Of a stretch of DNA of 64,000 bases, positions 45,598-55,772 are shown piece by piece (positions within the stretch are counted from its first letter, which is position 1; each line of letters begins with the position of its first letter). A model generated the notes under the pieces. That model was not told the DNA's origin. It ran no database searches and saw only the letters and a list, made by a program, of their open reading frames with translations. This DNA comes from an uncultured Solirubrobacterales bacterium (GTDB lineage: Bacteria; Actinomycetota; Thermoleophilia; Solirubrobacterales; Solirubrobacteraceae), in NCBI GenBank assembly GCA_963725525.1, contig CAVRYP010000009.1, forward strand, positions 417,111-481,110. The letters run 5' to 3'. A program made the position numbers and the translations under genes.

Positions 45598-48500
45598 TGG
45601 ACCGCGGCGCGCGGGTGCAGCCGGCCAGTGTGGGCAGTCGCCGCGGCGGGTTGCAGCTGTGGCAGGGGTACCTCGCGTTCGCGGCGGTGGGAGCTTTCCT
45701 GTACCTGCTGGTGCCGCCGCTGAAGGGCAATGCGGCGTTCTTCAACGTGCTCGGCCTCACCAGCTGGATCGCGGTGATCGTCGGGATCCGTCGCAACCGT
45801 CCCGGCTACTCGCTGCCGTGGTGGCTGTTCGCCGTTGGTCTCTTCCTGTACTGGCTGGGCGACGTCTACACCTACAGCTACCCGAAGTACATCCTGCACG
45901 CCGAAGTCCCGTTCCCCTCGATCGGCGACGCGATCTACCTCACGGTGTACCTCGCGCTGATGCTGGGGCTGCTGCTGCTGGTGCGCAGGCGCAACCCGCA
46001 GCGCAGCCGCAACACGCTGATCGACGCGGCGATCCTGACGCTTGGCCTGTCGCTGCTCTCGTGGGTGCTGCTGATTGCCCCCTACCTGCACGACCCCACC
46101 CTGGGCCTGTTGCCCAAGCTCGTCTCGGTCGCCTATCCGGTCGGGAGACATCATCCTGCTGGCCGCCGCGATTCGCCTGGTGCTCGACTGCCGGCCTGCG
46201 CCGGCCCTCCTTCTACCTGCTGAGCGCGAGCATCGTCTCGCTGCTGGTCGACCGACTTCGTGTATGGGGTGATGACCCTCGACAACGCCTTCCACCATCA
46301 GCTGCTGCTCGACCTCGGCTGGTTCTCCTATCAGGTGCTGTGGGCCGCGGCCGCGCTTCACCCCTCGATGGTGGAGCTGCAGGAGCCGGCCGGGCCCGCC
46401 GGAGGCCAAGCTGACGCCGCTGCGCCTGAGCTTGCTCACGGGCGCGTCGCTGATCGCGCCCGTGTGCATCCTGCTGAAGGAGCTGCGCCGCGGCGACCTC
46501 GATCTGATCGTGATCATCTGCGCTTCGGTCGTGCTGTTCGGCTTCGTGGTGATGCGCATGGTGGGCCTTGTGCGCCAGCAGGAGCGCTCGGTGGCGCGCG
46601 AGCGGCTGCTGAGCTCCTGCGGAGCCGCGCTCGTCGTCGTGCGCGACGCGCGAGGATATGCAGAAGGCGGCGATGAAGGTGGTCGCGCCGCTGTTGGAGA
46701 GCTGCGGGGCCGGCGTGCTGTGCCTCGTGCAGCCGCCTTCGCAATCGGCCTTCGCCGATGAGACGCTCACAGCGGTGGCGCGCAGCGACGACCCCCGCTG
46801 GCCGGCGCGCGATCTGCCCGAGCACACGGGCGAGCGGCTGCTGCGGCTCGCCGGCGAAGACAGCTACCGCGACATGCGCCTGGACACGGCCCTGCTCGGC
46901 GCGCTGGAGCTGCCGCGTGAGTGGATCTGCGGGCTCGTGCTGCCGCTGCCGGTGCGCGACGGCGTGATGGGCTTGCTGCTGATCGCGCGACCCACCGCCA
47001 CCCCGCGCGAGGCCCGCGGCGCACTCGTGGCGCTGGCCACCCAGCTGGCGCTCGCGCTGGAGGGCGCGCGGCTCACCGAGTCCGTGCACGTGCAGCGCAG
47101 CGAGGCGCGCTTTGCCTCGCTGGTGCAGAACTCCAGCGACCTGATCACGGTGGTGGGCTCGGATGCGACGATCACCTACCAGAGCCCCTCCTCAGAGCAC
47201 GTGCTCGGGTATCCCGCCGAACGAGCTTCTGGGCACCCGCTTCGATCGTCTCGTGGCGCCCGACGACGCCGGGCACCTGCTGCGACTGCTGGCGGACGGC
47301 GTCGGCCTACGCGCGGCGCGACGGCGAGGTGATCGAGTGCACGCTGCGCCACCGCGACGGCGGGATGCGCCAGTTCGAGGTGCTGCACACCAACCTGCTC
47401 GGCGACGAGCACGTGCAGGGGATCGTGCTGAACGCGCGCGACATCTCCGAGCGCAAGGCCTTCGAGGAGCAGCTCGCCCACCAGGCCTTCCACGACCCCG
47501 TCACCAACCTGCCCAACCGCGCGCTGTTCGTCGAGCGCGTGCGCCACGCGATCAGTCGCGCGCGCCGTGAGAGCGGGGAGCTGGGGGTGATCTTCCTCGA
47601 TATCGACGACTTCAAGACGATCAACGACAGCCTCGGCCATGGCGCCGGCGACGCGGCGCTGATCGATGTGGCCAAGCGCCTGTCGCTGAGCATCCGCTCG
47701 AGCGACACCGCGGCGCGCTTCGGCGGCGACGAGTTCGTGGTGCTCTTCGAGGACCTCGATGGCACCGAGACGGCGGTGGAAGTCGCCGAGCGGATCCTCG
47801 AGGATCTGCGCCAGCCGCTGATGGTGGCCGGCAAGGAGCTGGTGGTGCGCGGCTCGATCGGCATCTCGATCCTCGAGGGCGATTCGAGCGCGAGCGCGGA
47901 TGAGCTGATCCGCGACGCCGACGCCGCGATGTACATCGCCAAGCGCGACGGCAAGGGCGGCTACCGGCTGTTCGAGCCCGAGATGCACGCGGGCGTGCTG
48001 GCGCGCCTGGAGTTGCGCGCCGATCTGCAGCGGGCGCTGGACGATGGCCAGTTCGATCTGCACTACCAGCCGATCGTGCGCCTCGCCAACGGCCAGGTCG
48101 CCGGCATGGAGGCGCTCCTGCGCTGGCACCACCCCGAGCGCGGGCTGGTGGTGCCCGACGACTTCATCCCCTTCGCGGAGGAGACCGGGCTGATCGTGCC
48201 GATCGGCCGCTGGGTGCTGCGCGAGGCCTGCCGTCAGGCGGTGGCGATCCAGCGCCAGTGGGACGAGGACCCGCCGCTGTACATGTGCGTGAACCTGTCG
48301 GTGAAGCAGCTGCAGCACAGCGACGTGATCTCCGACGTGAGCGACGCGCTCGCGGACTCGGGCCTGGATCCCGCGACTGCTCACGCTGGAGATCACCGAG
48401 TCGATGCTGATCGACGATCCGGAGATCGCCGTGGTGAAGCTCTCCGAGCTGCGCTCGCTGGGCGTGCGGATCGCGATGGACGACTTCGGCACGGGCTACT

Positions 48501-48829
48501 CCTCGCTGAGCTATCTCAGCCGCTTCCCGGTGGATGTGATCAAGATGGACCGCTCGTTCCTGCGCCCGGAGACGACACCGGAGGCGGTGGACCTCTCGAG
48601 CGCCGTCGTCGCGCTCGGCAGCTCGCTGGCCCTGGAGGTGGTGGCGGAGGGCATCGAGCTCGACGAGCAGTTCAAGCGCCTGCGCGACCTCGGCTGCGAG
48701 CTCGGGCAGGGCTTTCACTTCGCACACCCGATGGAGTCCGAGCGGATGCTCAACTACCTCGCGGGAGCATCGTTGAACGGCGGTGAGCCGACGAGCGAGC
48801 CGGCGCCCGCCGCGCCCGATGCCGCCTAG
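45597..48829 (+). CDS. Multi-TM sensor + GAF + PAS + GGDEF + EAL protein, several frameshifts
   Basis: TGATG coupling; TMs with FPSIGDAIYL; FASLVQNSSDLI; HDPVTNLPNR, RFGGDEF, MEALLRW, DDFGTGYSSL, VAEGIE, GQGF. Confidence 0.85.
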
Positions 48830-50303
48830 CGACCCTCACCCGCTCGCACGCCCGGCGAGTCACCCGCGCGTGCTCCCGCCCCCGCGTCCCTACCGCGGTG
48901 CGCCGGGGCGCCCGGGCCCGAGGGCGCTGCTCGCGCACAGGGACTTCAGGCTGCTGTTTGCGGGGCGCTGCGTATCGCTGCTGGGGGATGGCGCGTTCCT
49001 GGTGGCGCTCGCGTGGCAGGCCTACACGCTCTCCAACGCCCCCACCGCGCTCTCGCTGCTGGGGATCGCGATGACGGTGCCGCTGATCACGCTGCTCTTG
49101 CTCGGCGGCGTGGTGAGCGACCGCCACGACCGCCGCCGGGTGATGCTGCTCGCCGACCTGGTGCGCGCGGCGCTGCTGGGCGTAATGGGAGCGCTCGCGC
49201 TGAGCGGCAACCTGCGCCTGTGGCAGATGATGGTGATCGTCGCGATCTACGGCGCCGCGCAGGCGTTCTTCGATCCGGCGAGCGACGCGATCGTGCCCGA
49301 GCTGCTCCCCGACGAGCAGCTCGGCGAGGCCAATGCGCTGGAGCAGTTCGTGCGCCCGCTCGCGCTGCGCCTGGCGGGACCCGCGCTGGGCGGGGTGCTG
49401 GTGGGCGGATTCGGCCCGGGCGCGGCGTTCCTCGCCGACGGCGCGACCTTCGTGGCCTCGGCGGCGGCGCTGTGGGCGATGTCCGCGCGCGTGCTCTCCA
49501 GAAGGAACGTCGAGACCTCTCGCGCCGAGAGCCCCCTCGAGCGTGCGCTCGCCGCGCGGTTCCCCGATCGCGCGCGGGGCGAGAGCGGCTCGCTGCCGGT
49601 ACTCACGGAGACCCCCTCTCCAGCGATCGCGGGGGCCACGCGTGAGCTGCGCGAAGGCTGGAGCTATGTGCGCCGGCACGTGTGGCTATGGGGGACGTTC
49701 GCGAGCGCGGGCATCGCGTATCTGCTGTTCATGGGGCCCTCGGAGGTGCTGCTGCCGTTCATGGTGAAGCACGAGCTGGGGGGCAACGGCGTGCAGCTCG
49801 GTCTCGTGCTTGGGGCGGGCGGTCTCGGCTCGGTGGCGTGCGCGGTGGCGATGAGCCGCAGCGGGCTGCCGCAGCGCAGCATGAGCTTCATCTACGTGGT
49901 GTGGGCGCTCGCGACGGTCTCCGTTGCGGGTTATGGGCTCGCGACGGCGATGTGGCAGCTGATGCTCGCGAGCCTCGCCTTCAACCTGCTCGAGACGGCG
50001 GGGACGATCGTGTGGGCGACGATGAAGCAGCGCCACGTTCCGGGGCATCTGCTGGGACGGGTCTCGAGCCTCGATTGGCTGATCTCGATCGGGCTGCTGC
50101 CCGTGTCGCTCGCGCTCACGGGGCCATTGAGCGCCGCACTGGGGGTGCGCACGACGCTGATCGCCGCGGGGCTGCTGGGGGCGATGGCGACGCTCGGCGG
50201 CCTGGCGCTGCCGGGGATGCGGGCGGTGGACTACTCCTGGGGAGGACCAAGAGGGGGCTCGGCGAGAAGCGGCTCGGCGGCGCTCACCGCGAACACGATG
50301 TGA
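48819..50303 (+). CDS. MFS transporter (macrolide/enterobactin efflux-like)
   Basis: RDFRLLF, GVVSDRHDRRRVMLLADLVRA, LLGRVSS; overlaps previous stop by 11 nt. Confidence 0.88.
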   Translation: MPPSDPHPLARPASHPRVLPPPRPYRGAPGRPGPRALLAHRDFRLLFAGRCVSLLGDGAFLVALAWQAYTLSNAPTALSLLGIAMTVPLITLLLLGGVVSDRHDRRRVMLLADLVRAALLGVMGALALSGNLRLWQMMVIVAIYGAAQAFFDPASDAIVPELLPDEQLGEANALEQFVRPLALRLAGPALGGVLVGGFGPGAAFLADGATFVASAAALWAMSARVLSRRNVETSRAESPLERALAARFPDRARGESGSLPVLTETPSPAIAGATRELREGWSYVRRHVWLWGTFASAGIAYLLFMGPSEVLLPFMVKHELGGNGVQLGLVLGAGGLGSVACAVAMSRSGLPQRSMSFIYVVWALATVSVAGYGLATAMWQLMLASLAFNLLETAGTIVWATMKQRHVPGHLLGRVSSLDWLISIGLLPVSLALTGPLSAALGVRTTLIAAGLLGAMATLGGLALPGMRAVDYSWGGPRGGSARSGSAALTANTM

Positions 50304-50584
50304 GCACGCGCGACGGCGAGGAAGGAGTGGCTCTCCACCGGGCCTCCATCGAGCGGCTGCAGCGTGACATCGGTGAGCGTGAGGAAGTCCCGCTCGGAGG
50401 CGCTGAGTACGTCCGATACGCGGCTGCGGTAGCCATCGCGCGCGAGCGTGATGAGGCCTTCGATGCGGTGCCGTGGGGTCTCCACGCGGATGCGCTCCTG
50501 GCGGAAGTCCAGGTGCTCGTCGGGACTCTCGGGCGCCCGGCGCCCCCCAGGAGGGTCGCCCTCGATGGCTTCGGTGGGGCTCAC
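50231..50584 (-). CDS. Small hypothetical protein
   Basis: ETPRHRIEG...RVSDVL...DFLTLTDV...FLAVARAHI; beta-rich pattern. Confidence 0.55.
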   Translation of the reverse strand: MSPTEAIEGDPPGGRRAPESPDEHLDFRQERIRVETPRHRIEGLITLARDGYRSRVSDVLSASERDFLTLTDVTLQPLDGGPVESHSFLAVARAHIVFAVSAAEPLLAEPPLGPPQE

Positions 50585-50685
50585 GCGGTCATTATCGCCC
50601 GACCGCGCGAGCCCGTGCCGTCACACCCCCAACGGCAGTCCACCGGCGCCCGAAGCACACGCAACTTCGGGCGCCCCCAGATGAG

Positions 50686-51369
50686 CTAGGGAACCACGAT
50701 CGTGAAGGCGTAGCCCGTCGCGAGAGTTGTGGTGCCGGGCGTGTAGGTGTCGACCTCAAAGGCGCTCGCGGGACAGTTGGGGTGGTTTGCGTTGACGACG
50801 ATCGTGCCGGGTGCCCCGCCTGTGCTGTAGGAGACCTCGGGTGAGACCGTCACCGAGGTTGCGGCTGCGTTGACGGGAGCCGCCGGCGTGACGCAGTAGG
50901 CCCCTGCGGCGGGCTCTGTGAGGCCGGCGATCCCAGCGCTCTGCGCGGCGATCAGGTTGGCCTGGGTGGGCGAGGCGGTGGGCTGCACGAGCCCGTAGCC
51001 CGCGGTGCCCGAGGGCCCAGCGGGACCCTGGATGCCCTGTGGGCCGGTGGCGCCCGTGGCGCCCTTCGCGCCGGTGGCGCCCTTCGCGCCCTTGGCGCCC
51101 GTGGCGCCCTTCAGCCCACGCGGACCGGGCACGCCGGTGAAGCCGCGCGGCCCACGAGGACCGCGCAGGAGGCACTCGCGCACACGATGGTGGCCGGAGA
51201 GGACGGTTACGCATCTGGAGCGCGCCTCATGCGCGGTGGTCCCCAGCAGGCTCGTGCCGGCGAGGGCGGGGACGGCGACGGTCATCGCGCCCACCACGGC
51301 GGGGGTCGCGAGGAGGGTGAGCGTGCGGGGGTGCAGACGACGGCGCGGAGCGCGCGAGGAGCGATGCAT
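50686..51369 (-). CDS. Secreted collagen triple-helix repeat protein
   Basis: Signal-like N-terminus; about 18 consecutive Gly-X-Y triplets; Cys-containing C-terminal domain. Confidence 0.8.
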   Translation of the reverse strand: MHRSSRAPRRRLHPRTLTLLATPAVVGAMTVAVPALAGTSLLGTTAHEARSRCVTVLSGHHRVRECLLRGPRGPRGFTGVPGPRGLKGATGAKGAKGATGAKGATGATGPQGIQGPAGPSGTAGYGLVQPTASPTQANLIAAQSAGIAGLTEPAAGAYCVTPAAPVNAAATSVTVSPEVSYSTGGAPGTIVVNANHPNCPASAFEVDTYTPGTTTLATGYAFTIVVP

Positions 51370-51466
51370 TTGGAGGTCCCTTTCCGTTGGTTGCTTTCTA
51401 GAGAACACTCGGGCGAGCTCAGCGGAGCGGTGGAACGGCCGCGGGCGGCGCGCACCGACTCCAGTC

Positions 51467-52486
51467 TCAGCCCACGTTTTGGGGGAGGCGTGCGGGCAGC
51501 CCGGCGCGCACCGCGGGGCCGGGGGCGCCGGCGAGCGAGTCGACGGGGGCGTTGCGCTCCTCGCGCACGATGTAGAGGGGGCGGTGCTTGACCTCGTCGT
51601 AGATGCGCCCCACGTACTCGCCGATCACGCCGAGGGCGATCAGCTGGATCCCCCCGAGCAGGAGGATCGCGATCGTGATCGAGCCGAAGCCGGGCAGGTA
51701 GGAGTCCACCAGGCGCAGCCCGATGACGACGGGGATCGCGATGAAGGCAACGCCGGCGGAGAGCAGCCCCACGTAGGTGGCGAGCTGGAGGGGAAGGTGC
51801 GAGAAGGAGGTGATGGCGTCGAGCGAGAAGCGGAGCATGCGTCGCAGCGTGTACTTGGTCTCCCCGGCGTGGCGAGCGTCGCGCTCGTAGGGGACGGCGG
51901 TCTGCGTGAAGCCCACCCATACGGTCATGCCGCGCAGGAAGCGCGAGCGCTCGGTCATCGCAAGCAGGGCGTCGAGCGCGCGGCGGTCGAGCAGGCGGAA
52001 GTCCCCGGAGTTGGGCTCGAGGTTGACCTGGGCGAGCTTGTCGAAGAGCTTGTAGAACCAGGAGGCGGTGGCGAGCTTGAAGGCGGTCTCGCCCTCGCGC
52101 TGCCTGCGCACGGCATAGACCACGTCGGCGCCCTGCTGCCACTGCTCGAGCATCGTGGGGATCAGCTCGGGGGGGTCCTGGAGGTCGGCGTCGATCATCG
52201 CCACGACGTCCCCCACGGCGTGCTCGAGGCCGGCGGTGAGGGCCGCCTGGTGGCCGAAGTTGCGGGAGAGGTGGACGACGCGCACGCGCGGATCGGCGTC
52301 GGCGAGGCGATCGAGCAGCGCTCCGGTGCCGTCGGAGGAGCCGTCGTTGACGAGCACCAGCTCGATGGCGTAGTCGGCGACGGCCGCGAGGGTGCGGCTC
52401 ACGAACAGCTCGACGAGGGCCTCCTCGTTGTAGACGGGGGCCACGACGCTGAGCAACTTGGGAGAGCGGTGGGAGGAAGTGGGCAT
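51467..52486 (-). CDS. GT2 polyprenol-phosphate glycosyltransferase (GtrB-like)
   Basis: [53 protein letters not shown]. Confidence 0.92.
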   Translation of the reverse strand: MPTSSHRSPKLLSVVAPVYNEEALVELFVSRTLAAVADYAIELVLVNDGSSDGTGALLDRLADADPRVRVVHLSRNFGHQAALTAGLEHAVGDVVAMIDADLQDPPELIPTMLEQWQQGADVVYAVRRQREGETAFKLATASWFYKLFDKLAQVNLEPNSGDFRLLDRRALDALLAMTERSRFLRGMTVWVGFTQTAVPYERDARHAGETKYTLRRMLRFSLDAITSFSHLPLQLATYVGLLSAGVAFIAIPVVIGLRLVDSYLPGFGSITIAILLLGGIQLIALGVIGEYVGRIYDEVKHRPLYIVREERNAPVDSLAGAPGPAVRAGLPARLPQNVG

Positions 52487-52563
52487 GGTGCTTGGGGAAG
52501 CTGCTTTAAGGTGTGTACGTGAGAAGACTAGAGAACCCTTCCTCGCTGGCGCGGCACCCGAGC

Positions 52564-52965
52564 ATGCCGGTGGTGGTGCAGTTCGTGAAGTTTGGCATCG
52601 TTGGCGTGAGCAACACGCTGCTCTTCTTCGCCGTCTTCACGCTGCTGCTGAAGGGCTTCGGCGTGTGGTACCTGGCGGCCTCGGGCATCGGCTTCACGGT
52701 GGGCGCGGTGAACGGCTTCCTGCTCAATCGCCGCTGGACCTTCGCGGGCCACGTGGGCGACGCGCTCACGCCGGTGCGCTGGACGATCGTGCAGGGCAGC
52801 GGCCTGCTGCTGAACCTCGCGCTGGTGGCGACCTGCGTGGAGGTCATCGGCATGGACGAGCTCGTGGGCCAGGCGATCGCGATCGCGGTCGTGGTGGTGG
52901 TGACGTTCATGGCCAACCGCGCCTGGACATTCCGCACGCGTCCGGGGGAGGCGAGCTCGGGTTGA
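52564..52965 (+). CDS. GtrA-family flippase
   Basis: QFVKFGIVG, FLLNRRWTF, FMANRAWTF. Confidence 0.88.
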   Translation: MPVVVQFVKFGIVGVSNTLLFFAVFTLLLKGFGVWYLAASGIGFTVGAVNGFLLNRRWTFAGHVGDALTPVRWTIVQGSGLLLNLALVATCVEVIGMDELVGQAIAIAVVVVVTFMANRAWTFRTRPGEASSG

Positions 52966-53039
52966 AAGGATTTAATTAAGGAGAGCGGGTCGGTGAGTGC
53001 GAACCAAGGCACCTACCCGAACCCCACGCGGGGGGCGGT

Positions 53040-55772
53040 TCAGCGCTTGGCTTTCTTTGCTTTCTTCGCCTTCTTCGCGGGCTTGACCTTGGGGCAGCCG
53101 GTGACGGAGATCTTCGTGCTCTGCACCACCTGCGCGCCGTTCTGCGCCGTCATCGTGGTGGGCATCACGAGCTTGGTGGAGCAGAAGCTGCCGCTGGCCT
53201 TGGCGGGAAGATTGGGGCCGAGCACGGAGTGGGGGCCCTCGGGGAGATTCAATTCGAAGGTGCTCACGGGCACATCGGGCACCGAGGCGAAGGTGCTCGA
53301 GGTGATGCCATGCGCAATCGAGGTGTTCCCCACCAGATCGAGACGCACCCCATCGCCCTGCAGGACGAGAACGAGATCGGGGAACGCCTCCCCACCGTGC
53401 GACACGAGATAGGCAGGCCCGGAGACCGGTACAGGGAGCACCGGCGTGAACCCCTTGGCGGTCCCCACGATCGACCCCGCGGGACAGTTGGCGGGGTTGG
53501 CTTCGAACACGGCCGCAACACACGCAAGGCGCAAGGTAGTCAACCGCGAGGGAAGCTGCACGGGCAACTTCACCGCGACCTTTGCGACATTGGCCTGTCC
53601 ACTCGTGAACGCGATCTTCACGTGGAGGCTGGCGCCCTTCGTGTGCGAAGCATGAGCCTGCGTGGAAACCGTGAACTTCGGCTTGAAGGCAAGCGAAGCG
53701 CAATCCGCCGCCTGAAAACGACTCGACAGCGAAGCACTCGCGCCCTCGCTACTCGCGATCATCGCGCTCGAGGAGAGCGGCGCACAACTCGTGGGGTTGA
53801 ACATGAAGCCCGAACGGTCGATCGTGACGTTCACGGCCCGCACATCGAGCGGGATGCCCTGCAAGATCGTAGGCAGCGGATCGCTCGTGATCATGATCTG
53901 CGCCGTATGCGGATCCGCATTGATCGTCGCCCTCACCGCGACATTGCCAAGGTTGAAGGGGCCGGCAACCGCCGGCACGACGATCAGAAGACCAAACGGC
54001 GCGCCCTTGTAGGGGCCCGTGAGAAAGACCTGGCCGCCGCCGACGGTAACTGGATCGGGGCCCGGCCCCGCCACCGCGGTGACGTGCCCAATCAGGCTCG
54101 CCGCCGGACACGCTGTCTGCGCAGCCTGCGCTTCGGTACAGAGCGGCACCTGCGAAAGCATCCCAAGGAGACCGAGAGGAGGCTTCACCGAGATCGCACC
54201 CAACGGCTGATCCCCATCAGGACGGGTGATCGTCGTGATGAACGGGGAAAAGCTCCCCGCCGGATTATTGGCCGTGCCGGCAACGAACGACGGCGAGAAC
54301 CCAGGCGCATCGCACCCAGAGACGATCGGGAAAGGCGTGACCGAAGGCAATACGGTGGCGCCGTTCCAGCCCGTGAGCTTCACGTTGGGGACATGGTTGC
54401 CGCACGTAGGTGGCGTTATGAGAGCGGCACGAGATCCTTCATAGAACCGTAGCTTGAGATCGCTGAATGGCAGCTGCGGGTTTTCATCGAATGTCGTGGT
54501 CAGCTGTCCCGTCGCCGGATCGGTCTGGACGTGCCCAGCAAGCTTGAGCACCACCCCATCGCCCGCAGCCGTCACATAGATCGCGAGCAGCGACCCAAAC
54601 GGATTGTCGCCCTGCGCCGCAACATATACCGACCCCTCCAATGGATGTTCGAGCAGCGGTGTCGTGACTTCCACGTCGCCGATCTTCGACGCAGGAGGAC
54701 ACGCCGGTTCATCGCCATTCGTAAGCCCAATCTCGGTCGACGAGCACGCTTCCAACCCATTGGCAACCGAGGGGGAAACGACCATCCCCGCAGGCAATGT
54801 CACGACCGCGTCCTTGAGGTCGGCCTCAGCGAGTTCTTCGGGCTTTTCATTCTGGGGAAGCTTGACATCGACATCGAGGCCGCTCGGCGTGTTCGCAGCC
54901 AACGTGGTTGGCTGGACCGTGATTTCGGGGCTGAAGTCGAGCTTATTACACCCAGTCATCTCAAGCTGATGGCCACGACCATCCGTCATCGGATACGACT
55001 GCGTCACGGGATAATCAAAAGGACGCGGCTCTTCAAAAGGTTCCTCCCACGAATCCATGCTAGCGACGCTTTCCAACGGTACGTCACACGACGTCGGATT
55101 CCGCAACAACGACCGCCCCGGCGGCGCACCCGTACCATGTTCAGACGGGATGCCCCACAATATCAATGAACTACGTAAAAGCTTGAGCTGAACAATGTTA
55201 CTGACCACAGCCTTCAAGGCATAACCTTCTCCAGTTCGAACGCCGAAATCAACAAATCCGACCCTATACTGGAGAGCAAAGCCAAACTGCGCCGGCATAT
55301 CTGGCGGCGGCACAAGATTGTAAACGGGGATTTCAAATCGAGCATTGCCTTCGATGACGAGAATCTCCCAGCCAACCTGCGTATCAGCTGGACATTCAGG
55401 TACGAAATTGCGCCTCGTGGTGTCAAATAACGCCCTGGGGCACTTGGGAGTCGCACTAGGATTACCAACGAATCCAGCAGGCAAGCCAATTTCCAGATCC
55501 TTCACTTCTCCGCCTGCTGGATATAGGTCTCCAACACTATTCATCGTAAAGCTAGTGAGCAACTCATACGGGTGCGAGCCCGCCGTGGTTTCAGGCGAAC
55601 CGTCTGCCCCGATAGGCATCTGTTCGAATTGTTCGAAACCAAAGGGTGCTGCGACCGCTGAGGCGGTCCATATTCCGACCGTTACGACTACAGCCGTTGC
55701 TAACGTAGCCATAATTCCGAAGATTCCCCACAGAGCCTTCGACTCTTGACCATTCCATCTCCGGCCTCTCAT
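53040..55772 (-). CDS. Large secreted Cys-paired repeat protein (paralog 2), Lys-rich tail
   Basis: Signal peptide; AGSHPY, NP.SC, DLKDAVVTLPAG, ENPQLPFSDL; ends KPAKKAKKAKKAKR. Confidence 0.85.
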   Translation of the reverse strand: MRGRRWNGQESKALWGIFGIMATLATAVVVTVGIWTASAVAAPFGFEQFEQMPIGADGSPETTAGSHPYELLTSFTMNSVGDLYPAGGEVKDLEIGLPAGFVGNPSATPKCPRALFDTTRRNFVPECPADTQVGWEILVIEGNARFEIPVYNLVPPPDMPAQFGFALQYRVGFVDFGVRTGEGYALKAVVSNIVQLKLLRSSLILWGIPSEHGTGAPPGRSLLRNPTSCDVPLESVASMDSWEEPFEEPRPFDYPVTQSYPMTDGRGHQLEMTGCNKLDFSPEITVQPTTLAANTPSGLDVDVKLPQNEKPEELAEADLKDAVVTLPAGMVVSPSVANGLEACSSTEIGLTNGDEPACPPASKIGDVEVTTPLLEHPLEGSVYVAAQGDNPFGSLLAIYVTAAGDGVVLKLAGHVQTDPATGQLTTTFDENPQLPFSDLKLRFYEGSRAALITPPTCGNHVPNVKLTGWNGATVLPSVTPFPIVSGCDAPGFSPSFVAGTANNPAGSFSPFITTITRPDGDQPLGAISVKPPLGLLGMLSQVPLCTEAQAAQTACPAASLIGHVTAVAGPGPDPVTVGGGQVFLTGPYKGAPFGLLIVVPAVAGPFNLGNVAVRATINADPHTAQIMITSDPLPTILQGIPLDVRAVNVTIDRSGFMFNPTSCAPLSSSAMIASSEGASASLSSRFQAADCASLAFKPKFTVSTQAHASHTKGASLHVKIAFTSGQANVAKVAVKLPVQLPSRLTTLRLACVAAVFEANPANCPAGSIVGTAKGFTPVLPVPVSGPAYLVSHGGEAFPDLVLVLQGDGVRLDLVGNTSIAHGITSSTFASVPDVPVSTFELNLPEGPHSVLGPNLPAKASGSFCSTKLVMPTTMTAQNGAQVVQSTKISVTGCPKVKPAKKAKKAKKAKR

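Noticed and set aside
44283-46223. Apparent PLP enzyme-membrane domain fusion
   Set aside because: An indel near 45380 shifts the frame; the real C-terminus ends at 45597 with TGATG coupling
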